Notes: a model not told the origin generated them from the sequence alone. A DNA stretch of 63,197 bases, filler included, from Chiloscyllium plagiosum (GCF_004010195.1; 5 parts of 2 records of this genome joined end to end with filler, not necessarily neighbours in it), one strand, 5' to 3'; counted from the first letter of the whole stretch, positions 1 through 12,115 are shown. Made by a program: numbers and translations.

Positions 1-858
1 GACAGTGAGGAAGGATTTGGCAGGTTACAGCGGGATATAGATAAGCTGCAGAACTGGGCAGAAAGGTGGCAAATGGAGTTCAATGTAGCTCAGTGTGAGG
101 TGATTCACTTTGGTAAGAGTAACAAAAAGATGGGGTACTGGTATAATGTTCGGATACTTGGTAGAGTGGATGAGCAGAGGGATCTTGGTGTCCATGTCCA
201 CAGATCTCTGAAAGTTGCCACCCAGGTAAATAGTGCGATGAAGAAGGCATATGGCGTACTGGCTTTTATTGGTAGAGGAATTGAGTTCCGGAATCCTGAG
301 GTCATGTTGCAGTTGTATAAGACTCTGGTGCGGCCGCATCTGGAGTATTGTGTGCAGTTTTGGTCGCCATACTATAGGAAGGATGTGGAGACACTGGAAC
401 GGGTGCAGAGGAGGTTTACTAGGATGTTGCCTGGCATGTTAGGAACATCTTATGAGGAAAGGCTGAGGCACTTGGGTCTGTTTTCATTGGAGAAAAGAAG
501 GTTTAGGGGTGGCTTAATAGAGGTGTACAAGATGAGTAGAGGTTTAGATAGGGTTGACCATGAGAACCTTTTTCCATGTATGGAGTCAGCTATTACTAGG
601 AGGCATAGCTTTAAATTAAGAGATGGTAGGTATAGGACAGATGTTAGGGGTAGATTCTTGACTCAGTGACTCGTGAGTTCATGGAATGCCATGCCAGTGG
701 CATTGGTGGACTCTCCCTCTTTATGGGCATTTAAACGGGCATTGGATAGGCATATGGAGGATAGTGGGCTAGTGTAGGTTAGGTGGGCTTGGATCGGCGC
801 AACATCGAGGGCCAAAGGGCCCATACTGCGTTGTATTCTTCTATGTTCTATGTTCTAT
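1..858 (+). mobile_element. CR1-clade LINE, 3' part (RT C-terminus, 3' UTR, microsatellite tail)
   Basis: ORF 73-669 has the CR1 ORF2 signature (QRDLGVHVH...LYKTLVRPHLEYCVQFWSP...LERVQRRFTRMLPG...LGLFSLEKRR); ends in a (TTCTATG)n-like tail at about 838-858. Confidence 0.93.
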
Positions 859-902
859 TCCTCCTACTGAAATACATAACCTCACATTTCCCCACATCAT
901 CG

Positions 903-1330
903 AGTCATAGAGATGTACAGCATGGAAACAGCCCCTTCGGTCCAACTCATCCATGCCGACCAGATATCCGTACTTAATCTTGTCCCATTTGCCAGCACCC
1001 GGCCCTTTTCCCTCCAAACCCTTCCTATTCATATACACAGCCTCCGCCACTTCCTCTGGCAGCTCATTCCATACATGTACCACCCTCTGTGTGAAAAAGT
1101 TGCCCCTTAGGTTCCTTTTATATCTTTCCCCTCTCACCCTAAACATATTCCCTCTCGTTCTGGACTCCCGGGAAGAGACCTTGTATATTTATCCTATCCA
1201 TGCCCCTCATGATTTTATATATCTCTATAAGGTCACCTTTCAGCCTCCGACACTCCAGGGAAAACAGCCCCACCCTATTCAGCCTCTCCCTGTAGCTCAA
1301 ATCCTCCAACCCTCCAAGATCCTTGTAAAT
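903..1330 (-). mobile_element. CR1 LINE 3'-terminal fragment
   Basis: Minus ORF 841-1146 reads RGERYKRNLRGNFFTQRVVHVWNELPEEV; the same 3' end recurs at about 22765, 25300, 39925 and 47180. Confidence 0.88.
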
Positions 1331-1444
1331 CTTCTACTCCATCTGCCACATTTCTCTCCCACTCACTTAAACCCTCTATGCCCCTCTGCTAACGTTTTGA
1401 GTCACGCTCAGTACTGGTCTTCCCATTTATTCTTGTGTACTCTA

Positions 1445-4069
1445 CAGACATGAAAAACTGTGGTGAGTGGTTACAGCTCAAGGAAATTTTGGTCAGATTT
1501 TATGAGCTGCAGAGACTGTGACGTATCAAGGAGGGAGAGAGATACCTGGACACTTTATTCCAGCAAGTGGTCACACTCCTTTAGGATCTCTATGTTTGGG
1601 TCAGTGGTGTGGGACAGGAGTGAGTGACCACAAGTGAGAGGTGGGAAGGGAAACCCGAGAGTTGGAAAAGGTCAGGCCCTTTGCAATTCGTTAACAGGTT
1701 TGATGTTCTCTCGTCTTGTTTGATTGAGAGCAGGACCTGTGGGATGGATGAGTGAGATGACCATTGGTACAGGAGTTCATTTGCCTGGGGAAGCCAAAAG
1801 GAATGTATTGGTGGTAGGGTACAGCATATTCAGGGAGATTGACACTGTTCTGCGCAGCAAAGAATGTGAGTCCAGTGCCAGGGTTCAGGATATCAGGCAG
1901 GGCATTGGTAATGACATGGCGGTGAGCCCTCTGTTAATTAAACCAGACACCCAGAAAAGCTCACCTCGCCTCATAATCTGTTAAAATATAAGTGACAGAG
2001 AACTCCCAAATTCCACTATTTAATAAAAAAATCATTAATTTATTCTTTAACTCTTTAAAGTGAACATTAAACAACAACTATTCACAAATCTAAGCCTCCC
2101 CTTTCTCTTAACTGCATATTGTCTGCCTTCAGCTCTATAACAATATACTGTTCCAATAAAACACTTATTAAAATTACATCAACTTAATTTCAAAACTATA
2201 CAGCAGTTGTCATCATCGGTGTCTTTCTTCTTCCGGCTGAAGATCTCCCTGCATCATCTTTTTTTTAATCTCAAATATGTTTGATATAAAAAGATACCTT
2301 TGATAGAGAGTGTTTCAATGGCAATTGCTCTGTCTGATTTTTCATACTCGCCAACATCAGATCTTATCATTGGTTCAATGTTGGCAAAACAATAAATTCA
2401 AACACGATTGGGTTTTAGTATCCTGGGGCATAATTTAAACTGAGTGGTTAAATTCAAATTGTTGTCAAAACAGCAACCAACTCAGGTATCCATTTCACAG
2501 CCAAATGTTACATATTTTCAATTTTCCAGTACATGCTGAGACTGCTATCTGTTCATAGCACAGGTGCTTGTCAGCTCTCAGTGCAGAACAGTATTCACTC
2601 TCCCTTAAAGGTACTGAGCATGCCTTTGACTTCACAACAAGAAGGATCCAGTTGTCATTGTCCATGGAGATACCAACAGTAAGGTAGAACTAGGAAAGAC
2701 ATTCCATTAAATTCAGAACCTCAAAGATACTAACCTCTAGAGTCTTACCTGCAAACTGGCAGAGGGTAAAGACAATTGGAGAGAGATGAATGTGTGGCCA
2801 AAGAGATTGGATTGTGAGAACTGGCCTCCAGTTCAGGGAGCAGTGTCAATACTGGGGAGCATGGACCTGGACCGCAGAAACAGTCTACACCTGAACCAGA
2901 CTAGGGCTGGGGTTCCAGTGAATCACATAACTCGGGAAGTCTTAAAACTTGGGAGTTTTAAACTAAATGATGAAGGAAGAGATCAAATTTTGCAAGACAT
3001 GGTAAATCAAAGAGCAGGATCAAAGCAAGAGAAAACTGTATTCGTTTTAAGAAATGAAACAAAAAACTGTCACAGCAAGGTTAGAGAGCAGAGAATGTAA
3101 GAGTAAATTCACAGGCCTAAGGACAAATCTAAAGGCTTTGTATCTGAGTGAATATTTGAATTTAAGCAACACAGATGAACTAATTTTGCAATGAGGAAGA
3201 AATTAGTTTGACCTGACGGCTATTACAAAGGCATGACTTCAGGATGACCGAGCATGGGATCAAAGTGCACAGAACGTAACGGAAAGACAGGACCTGGAAA
3301 CAGGCGGAGGGATTGCTAATCAATCATGTTAGAGCACGCCAAACAGCGATGACCTTATTTCAGGAAACAGGGATGTAGAAATAGTTTGGGTAGAGATGGG
3401 GAATAATAAAGGCAACTATTTTGTGTATTAGAATTGGACAGGCTTCCATAACAACACGATAGGATGGAGCAGAAAGGAAGTAAGAAGGGAATTTTGTCAG
3501 AAAGGTACAACAATAATAATGGGGGGTTTTATTTTATGAAGAGACTGAAAAATCAAGGTGGACAATGGTAGCCTGGGTGAGGAGTTCACAGAATGTTTCC
3601 AAGATAGTTTCTTAAAACAGCGTGTTCTGAAGCTGACTCCTGAGCGGGCTATTCAACTGGGAGGGTTCAAAAAGATGGAATTCATTAACGACCTTATTGT
3701 CAATGTCCTTTTTAGTAGCAGTGATCACAATATGATTGCATTTTACATTCAGTTTGAGGGAGAAAGGGATGGATCCAAGACAAGTATTTTAAACTTAGAA
3801 AATGGAAATTAACAACAGTGTCACCTTGGCTGGCGAAACAGGTTAAGGAAGAAGTCATTAGAGATCCCTGGTAGGCATTTGAGAGGTTATTTCAACATAC
3901 ACAGAATAAATGCATTCACATGAACTAGAAATGTAAAGGTAAGACTGTCGTTAGCAAAACAGATATTGAAGATAGTAACAAACTTGCAAAGGTGGTTAGG
4001 TTAGGAGAATTAACTGCACAAAAAGGAACTGCAAATAATGACCGGAAGATTAATAAAGAATGCAAAAAA
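1445..4069 (+). mobile_element. Degenerate 5' half of a CR1 LINE (ORF1 SGNH-esterase remnant then ORF2 endonuclease remnant), interrupted at 1906-2636
   Basis: VLVVGYSIFREID...ARVQDI (ORF 1724) and, after the insert, DPVVIVHGDTN resemble CR1 ORF1 esterase blocks; ORF 3558 has EEFTECFQDSFLKQ...SSDHNMI of the APE domain. Confidence 0.72.
1906..2636. mobile_element. Probable solo-LTR-like insertion inside the CR1 ORF1 remnant
   Basis: About 730-bp AT-rich block with TG...CA ends that splits the esterase sequence; its right end (cttaaagg...tcaca) resembles that of the element at 21087-22003. Confidence 0.45.
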
Positions 4070-4222
4070 NNNNNNNNNNNNNNNNNNNNNNNNNNNNNNN
4101 NNNNNNNNNNNNNNNNNNNNNNNNNNNNNNNNNNNNNNNNNNNNNNNNNNNNNNNNNNNNNNNNNNNNNNNNNNNNNNNNNNNNNNNNNNNNNNNNNNNN
4201 NNNNNNNNNNNNNNNNNNNNNN

Positions 4223-4380
4223 GGGGGTATGGAATATAACATGGTGTGGGGGTGGGATTGGGAATTAGGACACACTTGGGGGATATGGAATATAACATGG
4301 TGTGGGGGCGGGATTGGGAATTAGGACACACTGTGGGGGTATGGAATATAACATGGTGTGGGGGTGGTGGTTTGGGAATT
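4223..4380. repeat. About 56-bp minisatellite next to an N gap
   Basis: About 2.7 copies of ggggtatggaatataacatggtgtgggggtgggattgggaattaggacacact. Confidence 0.9.
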
Positions 4381-4477
4381 GTAGTTTAACCACACTGGGA
4401 GCTGTGTGCTTGAATACAGGGATGCTCTGATTTTGACACATTGTGTTCAGACCCAGAGTACTGGGACAGAATCTTAC

Positions 4478-4550
4478 CCAGAACATTGCCTTGGCACAAA
4501 TCGAATCGACTGACTCCTTTGACAATAAACTGGGGATTCCGGTGGATTTG
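4478..4550 (-). CDS. Internal exon of a calpain (CysPc catalytic domain, just upstream of the active-site Cys); paralogue undetermined
   Basis: Polypyrimidine acceptor tttcctttcttttcag, 73 nt encoding QIHRNPQFIVKGVSRFDLCQGNVL(G), donor g|gtaaga. Matches the calpain NPQFIVxGxxRxDxCQGxLG motif and its phase 0 to phase 1 exon. No other calpain exon found in the window. Confidence 0.75.
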
Positions 4551-6040
4551 CTGAAAAGAAAGGAAATGTTTGAAATCCGAAGGATTGGAAGGTTGGAACA
4601 CATCATACATTCACATCTCTCCGGGATTTACTGACAATATTCCTGTCGCTGTTGACCTTTTCGCTCTGCTCACCACAATGTTGGATTGCTCCCGGTGTAT
4701 CTATGGACAGGCTGATTGACTGGGGCGGGCAGCACACTCCGGATCCTGTCTGCACTCTTTATCCATTTGGAATGAGTGGATCAGGGAACATCACAAAGTC
4801 CCCACCTCTTCGTTCCCCATGAGCTAATTCAGCTCCATCCTTGCTCAGGAATCTCCCGTGGTGATTCAGGACCAGGGTTTTGGGTGTAAATGGGATGGAG
4901 CTGTGGAAAGGTGGACAGTGATGGAGCGATGCATGGGGAGGAGCAGGAGGAACACAACCAACTAGTGCTTATAGCCCTGAGTGGGGCAATCTCAAACACC
5001 TCACCCCCCCCCCATCAGAGTGGTAAACAGCTGAAACCCCTCTCCCCTGCCCCCCAGATTTTGAGTTCCTCTCAACATTTGGTATTTCCTCACATCTCCA
5101 CTCCCCTCATCCACCCACTGCACAGAAGAACTCCTCATCCTCAGTAACTAACCCAAGGTGAGCTGATGACTCACAAATGGGAGATCAGGGATCCTGCTGC
5201 TGTCAATAAGATAATGAGAGATGATGGATCCACCCTGAGGATAACACAAAGCCCAGAGGCGATATGTAGAGATTAGCGGAACTAACAGAGTCGATTTAGA
5301 ATGTAGTGACTGAACAGGTAAAACCCGCGGCAACTTCAACAGAAACTTCGTGAAGACCAAATGGGAGATCAGGGATCCTGCTGCTGTCAATAAGATAATG
5401 AGAGATGATGGATCCACCCTGAGGATAACACAAAGCCCAGAGGCGAGATGTAGAGATTAGCGGAACTAACAGAGTCGATTTAGAATGTAGTGACTGAACA
5501 GGTAAAACCCCGCGGCAACTTCAACAGAAACTTCGTGAAGACAGTCACGAAAATAAAGGAAAAAAGCTATTGGGAAAGAATGGCTGGTTCTTTGAAAGAG
5601 CATTCACAAGGATAATGGGCCAAATGGCCTTTTCCTATGGTTTTAAGTTCCTACTGCAACCATTCTGTGTGCTGCTGACTTTGCAGTTGCAGAAAGAGCC
5701 ACCACCTCCCTCCCCCCCAGTCCAGGATCAGACACCTACAGCTCAGTCACGTCCCTGTGTTTTAAACTGCTCCCGGGATCCAGTTCAGGGGCTGTAGCTT
5801 GTGTCTGATGCCAACCTTCCCACATCCCTGAAGCATCTCCATCCGGGCCGGATTCCTCCTCCAGCTTCCTCGGGATAATAAGGACCCAGCTCCAGCTGGA
5901 GGTGTCAGAGAGACTGACCCTGAGGGTCTGCAGTTGGCACTCGCTCCTGGCTTATTAATGAGCCCGAGAATCACAACCAAAGTTACAAGATGTTGCTGCT
6001 GGCCTCACACAGCTCACAGTGTGAATATCTCAGTGCTTAT

Positions 6041-6616
6041 AATTTGGAGGTGCTGGTGTTGGACTGGGGTGTACAAAGTTAAAAATCACACAACACCAGG
6101 TTATCGTCCAACAGGTTTATTTGGAAGCACTAGCTTTCGGAGCGACGCTCCTTCATCAGGTGGTTGTAGAGTATACAAGTGTAAGACACAGAATTTATAG
6201 CAAATGTTGACAGTGTGATGTAACTGAAATTATACATTGAAAAATACCTTGATTGTTTGTTAAGTCTCTCACCTGTTAGAATAACCATGATAGTTTCACT
6301 TCTTTCATGTGTGAATCATAAAACTTTTTTAAAAGTTACATTCTCAGGTGAACTGTAACAATTGGTGTCAGCCCAGATAATGTCTTCTGAAAGAAGTGAT
6401 AGCAACATGGTCATTCTAACAGATGAGAGATTCAACAGACAATCAAGGTAATTTTTAATGTATAATTTCAGTTACATCACACTGCAAACTTTTGCTATAA
6501 ATTCTGTGCCTTACAATTGTGTCCTCCACAACCACCTGATGAAGGAGGGGTTCTCCAAAAGTTAGTGCTTCCAATTAAACCTGTTGGACCATAACCTGAT
6601 GTTGTGTGATTTTTAC
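6041..6616. mobile_element. Penelope-like terminal-repeat fragments arranged as an inverted pair
   Basis: 6041-6380 is the reverse complement of the 3' end of the GIY-YIG-bearing element at 19030-20910; 6390-6616 is a forward copy of the same region. Confidence 0.75.
6128..6162 (-). ncRNA. Minimal type-I hammerhead ribozyme motif (Penelope-associated)
   Basis: Minus strand reads cac-CUGAUGA-A-GGAGC-guc-GCUCC-GAAA-GC-UA-gug: intact core, 5-bp stem II, palindromic AGCU in place of stem III. Confidence 0.7.
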
Positions 6617-7239
6617 CTCAGTGCCAATGTCCCTCCTGCACTCATTCACTGCCGGTGAGTATTGGTAAGAGTAATGTGGTGAATACTAAATCTCAACCTT
6701 GAAAAAAAATTCACAAGTCTCACAGAAGTGCAGAATAATTTCAGCTGAGCAGATGCTCTGTCCCTGGACCCAGGTTTATAACAACTCTCCAGATTGAGCC
6801 AATCACATAAACCATCAAACAGAAGACTATGCACTGTGAACCATTTAATAATGTCTGCAGAAATTTCCTCATGGATTCTCTCAGCTAGGAGCACGTTTCT
6901 CCCAGGATGCAGCAGGAGGGAACTTGAGCGCATTTCAAGGGAATCAGTGTGTTCAACACTGATAGATCTTGCTCTAACTCAGTATCAGTTTATGTTTTAA
7001 ATCAGCTACAGATTACAAATGAGGAACTTGTCCAGAACAATCACTATTTACCAATTACACAGCCAGTCTGATGGAATCTGCACTACCAGGGAAGTGAATG
7101 CAAAATGTACTTGCTCAATTGGGGATGTGCCATGCAGAAACTCAACAATGTAATAGACACTTTCTTTTTATGGATGTAGGTTTGCTCACTGAACTGGAAG
7201 GCTCGTTTTCAGATGTTTTGTCACCATAACTAGGACTTG

Positions 7240-7735
7240 TTGCACCTCTTCCTTTTCCAATCTATCACCACTCCGATAATAAGCTGCCTTCCTGTTTTTG
7301 TTATCAAAGAGAATAACCTCACATTTGTCCACATTGTACTATATCTGCCATGTATTTACCCACTTATTTGACTGAAGCATCTCGGCATCTTCCTCCGACC
7401 TAGCTGTGTGTCAACTGCAAATGTGGAGATATTATATTTAGTTCCCTTGTCTGTGTTATTAATATATATTGTGATTGGCTGGGGACCAAGCACTGGCTCC
7501 TTGCGGTACTCCACTAGTCTCTGCATGCCAATTAAAAACCACCCCTTTATTCCTGCTCTTTTGCTCCCACTCTATCAGCCAGCTCTCTGTCATTGTCAGA
7601 ACATTGCGTCCCATCTCCTGTGCTTTAATTTCACACACCGATCTCTGAAATGGGACTTTGTCGGAAAACTTCTGAAAATCCAAATAAACCACATCCACTG
7701 GATCCCCCTCATCAACTTTACTTGCATCAACTCAA
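7240..7735 (-). mobile_element. Degenerate CR1 RT fragment
   Basis: Minus ORF 7459-7698: DVVYLDFQKFSDKVPFQR...TSGVPQG. Confidence 0.8.
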
Positions 7736-8499
7736 AACACCTTCAGCATTTCAAGGGCAGTTAGGAATGGGGTGTGCCCCCATCCCATTGGGAGATGAAG
7801 AAATGGAAATAAACACCATGAACAACAGATGTCCTGGGACATTTAAAACATGGTTATTTGTCACAGACTAAAGATAGGGGGCAGGTAATTTAGGGCTGAA
7901 ACAAGGAGGAAGATCTTCACCCAGAGACGGGGGAGCCTGTGGAATTCTCTGTCTCAGAAAGCAGCTGAGGCCAAAACATTGAATGTTTTCAAGAAGGAGA
8001 AATATAATTGTACGGGTTAAAGGGATCAAAGGGTAAGAGGAGAAAGGAAGAGCAGGGGACTGAGATGGATGATCAGCCATGATCATACTGAATAGTAGAG
8101 TAGGTTTGAAGGGCCGAAGGGCCTACATTTGCTCCAGTTTCTTTGTGTTTTTGGAGACTTACTGTGCGTAAACAAAGAGTACTTCAGTCTGGCAGCAAAC
8201 TGGCACTGTTTGTCACAGCATTCCATCCTTTCGGAGTTTTAGCAAGAAACACCAATGAAAGTGGAAACTGGGGGATACGCTGTGATATTTGATACGCAGA
8301 GAGAAGCGAGCTGATCGGGGGATCCATTATCCCACCCAATCACCTTGCTATGCCCTGTTTCAGCATCAGGTTTGCTTGGTGATTAAATGCTCAGGCATTA
8401 TTTATATGGTCATGAGAAAGGCCAGTCTGAGAGTGTGTGGAACTGTAGGAGTTGCAGTGGGTTTTGTGTCTAGTGGAAGGATACAGACCAATGATAATA

Positions 8500-8862
8500 T
8501 AGAGACCAGTGAAGTGTACTGACCAGGAAGGTGTGCTGACCAGTGAAGGTATAGTAACCAATGATGATAGAGTGACCAGGATAGGTGTATTGACCAGGGA
8601 AAGGTACAGCGACCTGGGAAGGTATATTGACATGAAAGGTATATTGACCAGGGGAAGGTACAGTGACCAGGGAAAGTGTATTAACCTGGGAAGGTACAGT
8701 GACAGGAAAGGTGTATTGACCAGGGGAAAGTACAGTCACCAGGGGAAGGTATATTGACCAGGGAAGGTGTATTGACCAGGGGAAGGTACAGTAACCAGGG
8801 AAGGTGTATTGACAGGGGAAGGTACAGTGACCAGGGAAGGTGTATTGACAGGGGAAGGTACA
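8500..8862. repeat. Degenerate 18/19-bp tandem repeat at a scaffold end
   Basis: Alternating units gaccagggaaggtgtatt and gaccaggggaaggtacagt, becoming more homogeneous toward the gap. Confidence 0.9.
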
Positions 8863-8962
8863 NNNNNNNNNNNNNNNNNNNNNNNNNNNNNNNNNNNNNN
8901 NNNNNNTTAATTAATTAANNNNNNNNNNNNNNNNNNNNNNNNNNNNNNNNNNNNNNNNNNNN
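8863..8962. other. Artificial 100-nt scaffold spacer
   Basis: 44 N + TTAATTAATTAA + 44 N; identical layout at four sites. Confidence 0.97.
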
Positions 8963-10892
8963 CCCCCCCATCCTCCACCTCCAGTATTCCCTGGTTATCC
9001 TGATCACATGGGGAGTCTCACTCACTCATATCAGCACTGGAAGGCAACAGTTAGACCAATACGTTTGAAATATTCACTCTGCGCTGGAGCTGTTTTGTAA
9101 TGTTATTACCCCCCCATCCTCCACCTCCAGTATTCCCTGGTTATCCTGATCACATGGGGAGTCTCACTCACTCATATCAGCACTGGAAGGCAACAGTTAG
9201 ACCAATACGTTTGAAATATTCACTCTGCGCTGGAGCTGTTTTGTAATGTTATTATACAGCTCTGGAGTAGGTAAGAGCTCTCCTAGTTCAGAGGTAGGGA
9301 CATGACACTGCACCACAGATTTACTCTCCAGTACAAACATTGAATCTCTCTAAAGGCAACGAGAGCTCCTTCCAATGGACATCCTCAACAATTCTATCCA
9401 GCAATCTGTCAGATTCCTGAACACTTGACCAAATTCTTGATCTTGCAAGGAATTAAGGGCTAGGGGGAGAGTGCGGGTAAGTGGAGTTGAAACGCCCATC
9501 AGCCATGATTAAATGGCAGGGTGGACCCGATGGGCCGAATGGCCTTACTTCCACTCCTATGTCTTATGAACAAAACTGCAGTGTTTAACTGGGAGTGATT
9601 CCCAGGCATTGGGATGAGGATACATATAAAACATCCGCTCTCTCTCTCTCAGCCTTTCCACGTCTCAGAGTGCACAGCTTTGGTGAGGAGTTCGTATTTT
9701 TTGTTTTCACCTCAGTTTGACCTTCTCCATTTGAGATTTCACCTCTGCCTTCCCCAGTCTGCCACCTGGTGGCAGCCCCAGCTATCAGCACCTCTACCCT
9801 CAGGTGAAAACCACATCCAATACAGAAGGCCTCAGTTTTCAGCAGCTCTGGCAGTGGAGATATACATCAGTACATTAGGATGGAGATGCCCCTACTAACC
9901 TCCCCTTTACATGAATCTTCAGTCTCTGGTGAAAGGTTGACTGGAGTGCCGTTATTCTGGTTTCGGACAGATCTGGATTAAGCTCCATGGGCCATTGCTC
10001 GAGTGTGCTTAGCAAGATGTCCAGGTCTCCTGGATAGTCAACAGTTTCCAGTGGGTCCATGTCATATGTGCTCTGCAATGGGAGATGGTTGTGTTTTGTT
10101 GGGGGTCAGTCATCTCAGCTCCAGGAGATCAGTGTGAGAGATCACACCAATACTGGAACATTTAAACATTGAAGTCATAAGCGGGGAAGGCTAATTTTAC
10201 TCCGATAAGATACACTTTGGACCAAGAGGACAAGGAATAGCTACTTGCAGATAAAACCGTGCATTTGTCCAGACAGCTGAGACTGCACTGATCTGGATGG
10301 TAGCTTTGGATCGTTATGGAATGGTCTATCCTGTATCTTCCTCCTCTGTCTGTCCTGAGTGCAAAGGAAGTCCCACCTCTGCATTGCCCTATCCACCAGT
10401 ATCTCCACATTCCTGCCCACACAGTGGTTACTGATTTTCCCCCTTTTTGCCATGTCCAGGGACCGTTCTGGAGTAGCAGAGCTTGCCTGGTTGCATAAAG
10501 GGCATTTGAAGATGCTCCCAGTGCAAGGGATACTGAAGAATCCTGGGATATCCACTGAGTGGCAAATTTTTCTGAGAATGGTATGTGGTAAAATGGGGTC
10601 AGAATTGGAGGTAAGAAACACCACAAGAGTGAGGGAGACATCACTAAATCAGAGAAGGGTTACAGCACTGAAGGAGACCCTTCGGCCCATCATGAGCATC
10701 ATTACCTCATGCCAATCTCCTGCCTTTTTCTCATTGCCCTGCACACCACTTCTATCCAAATAATTCCACTTGGATGTCTCGATTGAACCTGCCTCCAATA
10801 CATTTCCAGGCAGTGACCACATACACAACTATTCCCTGTGTGGAAATATTTTTCCCTACTCCCTCCTTTGCTTCTTTTGCAAATCACTTTAT

Positions 10893-12115
10893 ATGATTTG
10901 GATGTAGGTTTGCTTGCTGAGCTGGAAGGTTCATTTCCAGACATTTCGTTACTTTACTAGATAACATCTTCAGTGGACCTCATGCGAAGCAATGCTGAAA
11001 ATTCCTGCTTTCTATTTATATGTTTGGGTTTCTTTGGGTTAGTGATGTTTTTTCCTGTGGTGAAGTCACTTCCTGTTCCTTTTCTCAGGGGGTGGTAGAT
11101 GGGGTCTAACTCAATGTGTTTGTTGATAGAGTTCCGGTTGGAATGCCATGCTTCTAGGAAGTGAGAGAGGGTCATGTCATTTTGTGGCTAGTTGGTGTTC
11201 ATGTATTCTGGTGGCTAGTTTTCTGCCTGTTTCTCCAATGTAGTGATTGTTACAGTCCTTGCACGGTATTTTGTAAATGACGTTAGTTTTGCTCATTGTC
11301 TGTATAGGGTCTTTCAAGTTCATTAGCTGCTGCTTTAGTGTGTTGGTGGGTTTGTGGACTACCATGATGCCAAGGGGTCTGAGTAGTCTTGCATTCATTT
11401 CCGAGATGTCTTTGATGTAGGGGAGAACGGCTAAGGTTTCTGGACATGTTTTGTCTGTTTGTTTGGGTTTGTTGCTGAGAAATCGGCAGACTGCGTTCAT
11501 AGGGTACCCATTCTTTTTGAATACACAGTATAGGCGATTCTCCTCGGCTCTGCATAGTTCCTCTGTGCTGCAGTGTGTGTTGGCTCGTTGAAATAATGTT
11601 CTGATGCAGCTTCGTTTGTGTATGTTGAGGTGATTGCTCCTGTTGTTCAATATTTGTTCTGTATGGGTGGTTTTCTGTAGACGCTGGTTTGACGTTCCCC
11701 ATTGGCTGTTCGCTCTACTGTGACATCTAGGAATGGTATGTTTGTTGTTGTTTTCCTCCTCTTTAGTGGACAAGCCAAACAAAGACACGCACGAGAATTC
11801 CTAGAAGCATGGCATCCCAACTGGAACTCTATCAACAAACACATCAAGTTAGACCCCATCTACCACCCCCTGAGAAATGTTACAGGAAGTGACTTCATCA
11901 CAGGAAATAACATCACTACAGGAAATGACATCACCAACCCAAAGAAACCCAAACATATAAATAGAAAGCAGGATTCATGTACACTGCTTTGCCTGAGGTC
12001 CACTGAAGATGTTACCTAGTAGGGTGATGAAACGTCTGGAAATGAACCTTTCAGCTCAGCGAGCAAACCTACATCCAAAACCTCAACCTGAGCTACTAAT
12101 CTTCTCAAAACTCAC
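10893..12115 (-). mobile_element. Penelope-like retroelement, 5'-truncated, with inverted pseudo-LTR
   Basis: Minus frames give IPFLDVTV...TSVYRKP (RT thumb region) and VIYKIPCKDCNNHYIGETGRKLATRIHEH (GIY-YIG endonuclease); about 10895-11162 is the reverse complement of about 11795-12078. Confidence 0.9.
11999..12040 (+). ncRNA. Minimal type-I hammerhead ribozyme motif in a Penelope pseudo-LTR
   Basis: ucca-CUGAAGA-U-GUUACCU-agua-GGGUGAU-GAAA-CG-UC-ugga: 4-bp stem I, stem II, palindromic ACGU, GUC cleavage triplet; a mutated mirror copy lies at 10936-10977 on the minus strand. Confidence 0.68.

Noticed and set aside
73..669. Long ORFs as host genes (also 34482-35243, 41945-42451, 47523-48005)
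   Set aside because: All translate to CR1 ORF2 motifs and sit in dispersed repeat copies.
4443..4634. Plus-strand 63-aa ORF
   Set aside because: Antisense shadow of the calpain exon; no recognisable motif.
5762..5980. GC-rich minus ORF as the missing first calpain exon
   Set aside because: No FxDxxFP or WxRP motif in the frames I read.
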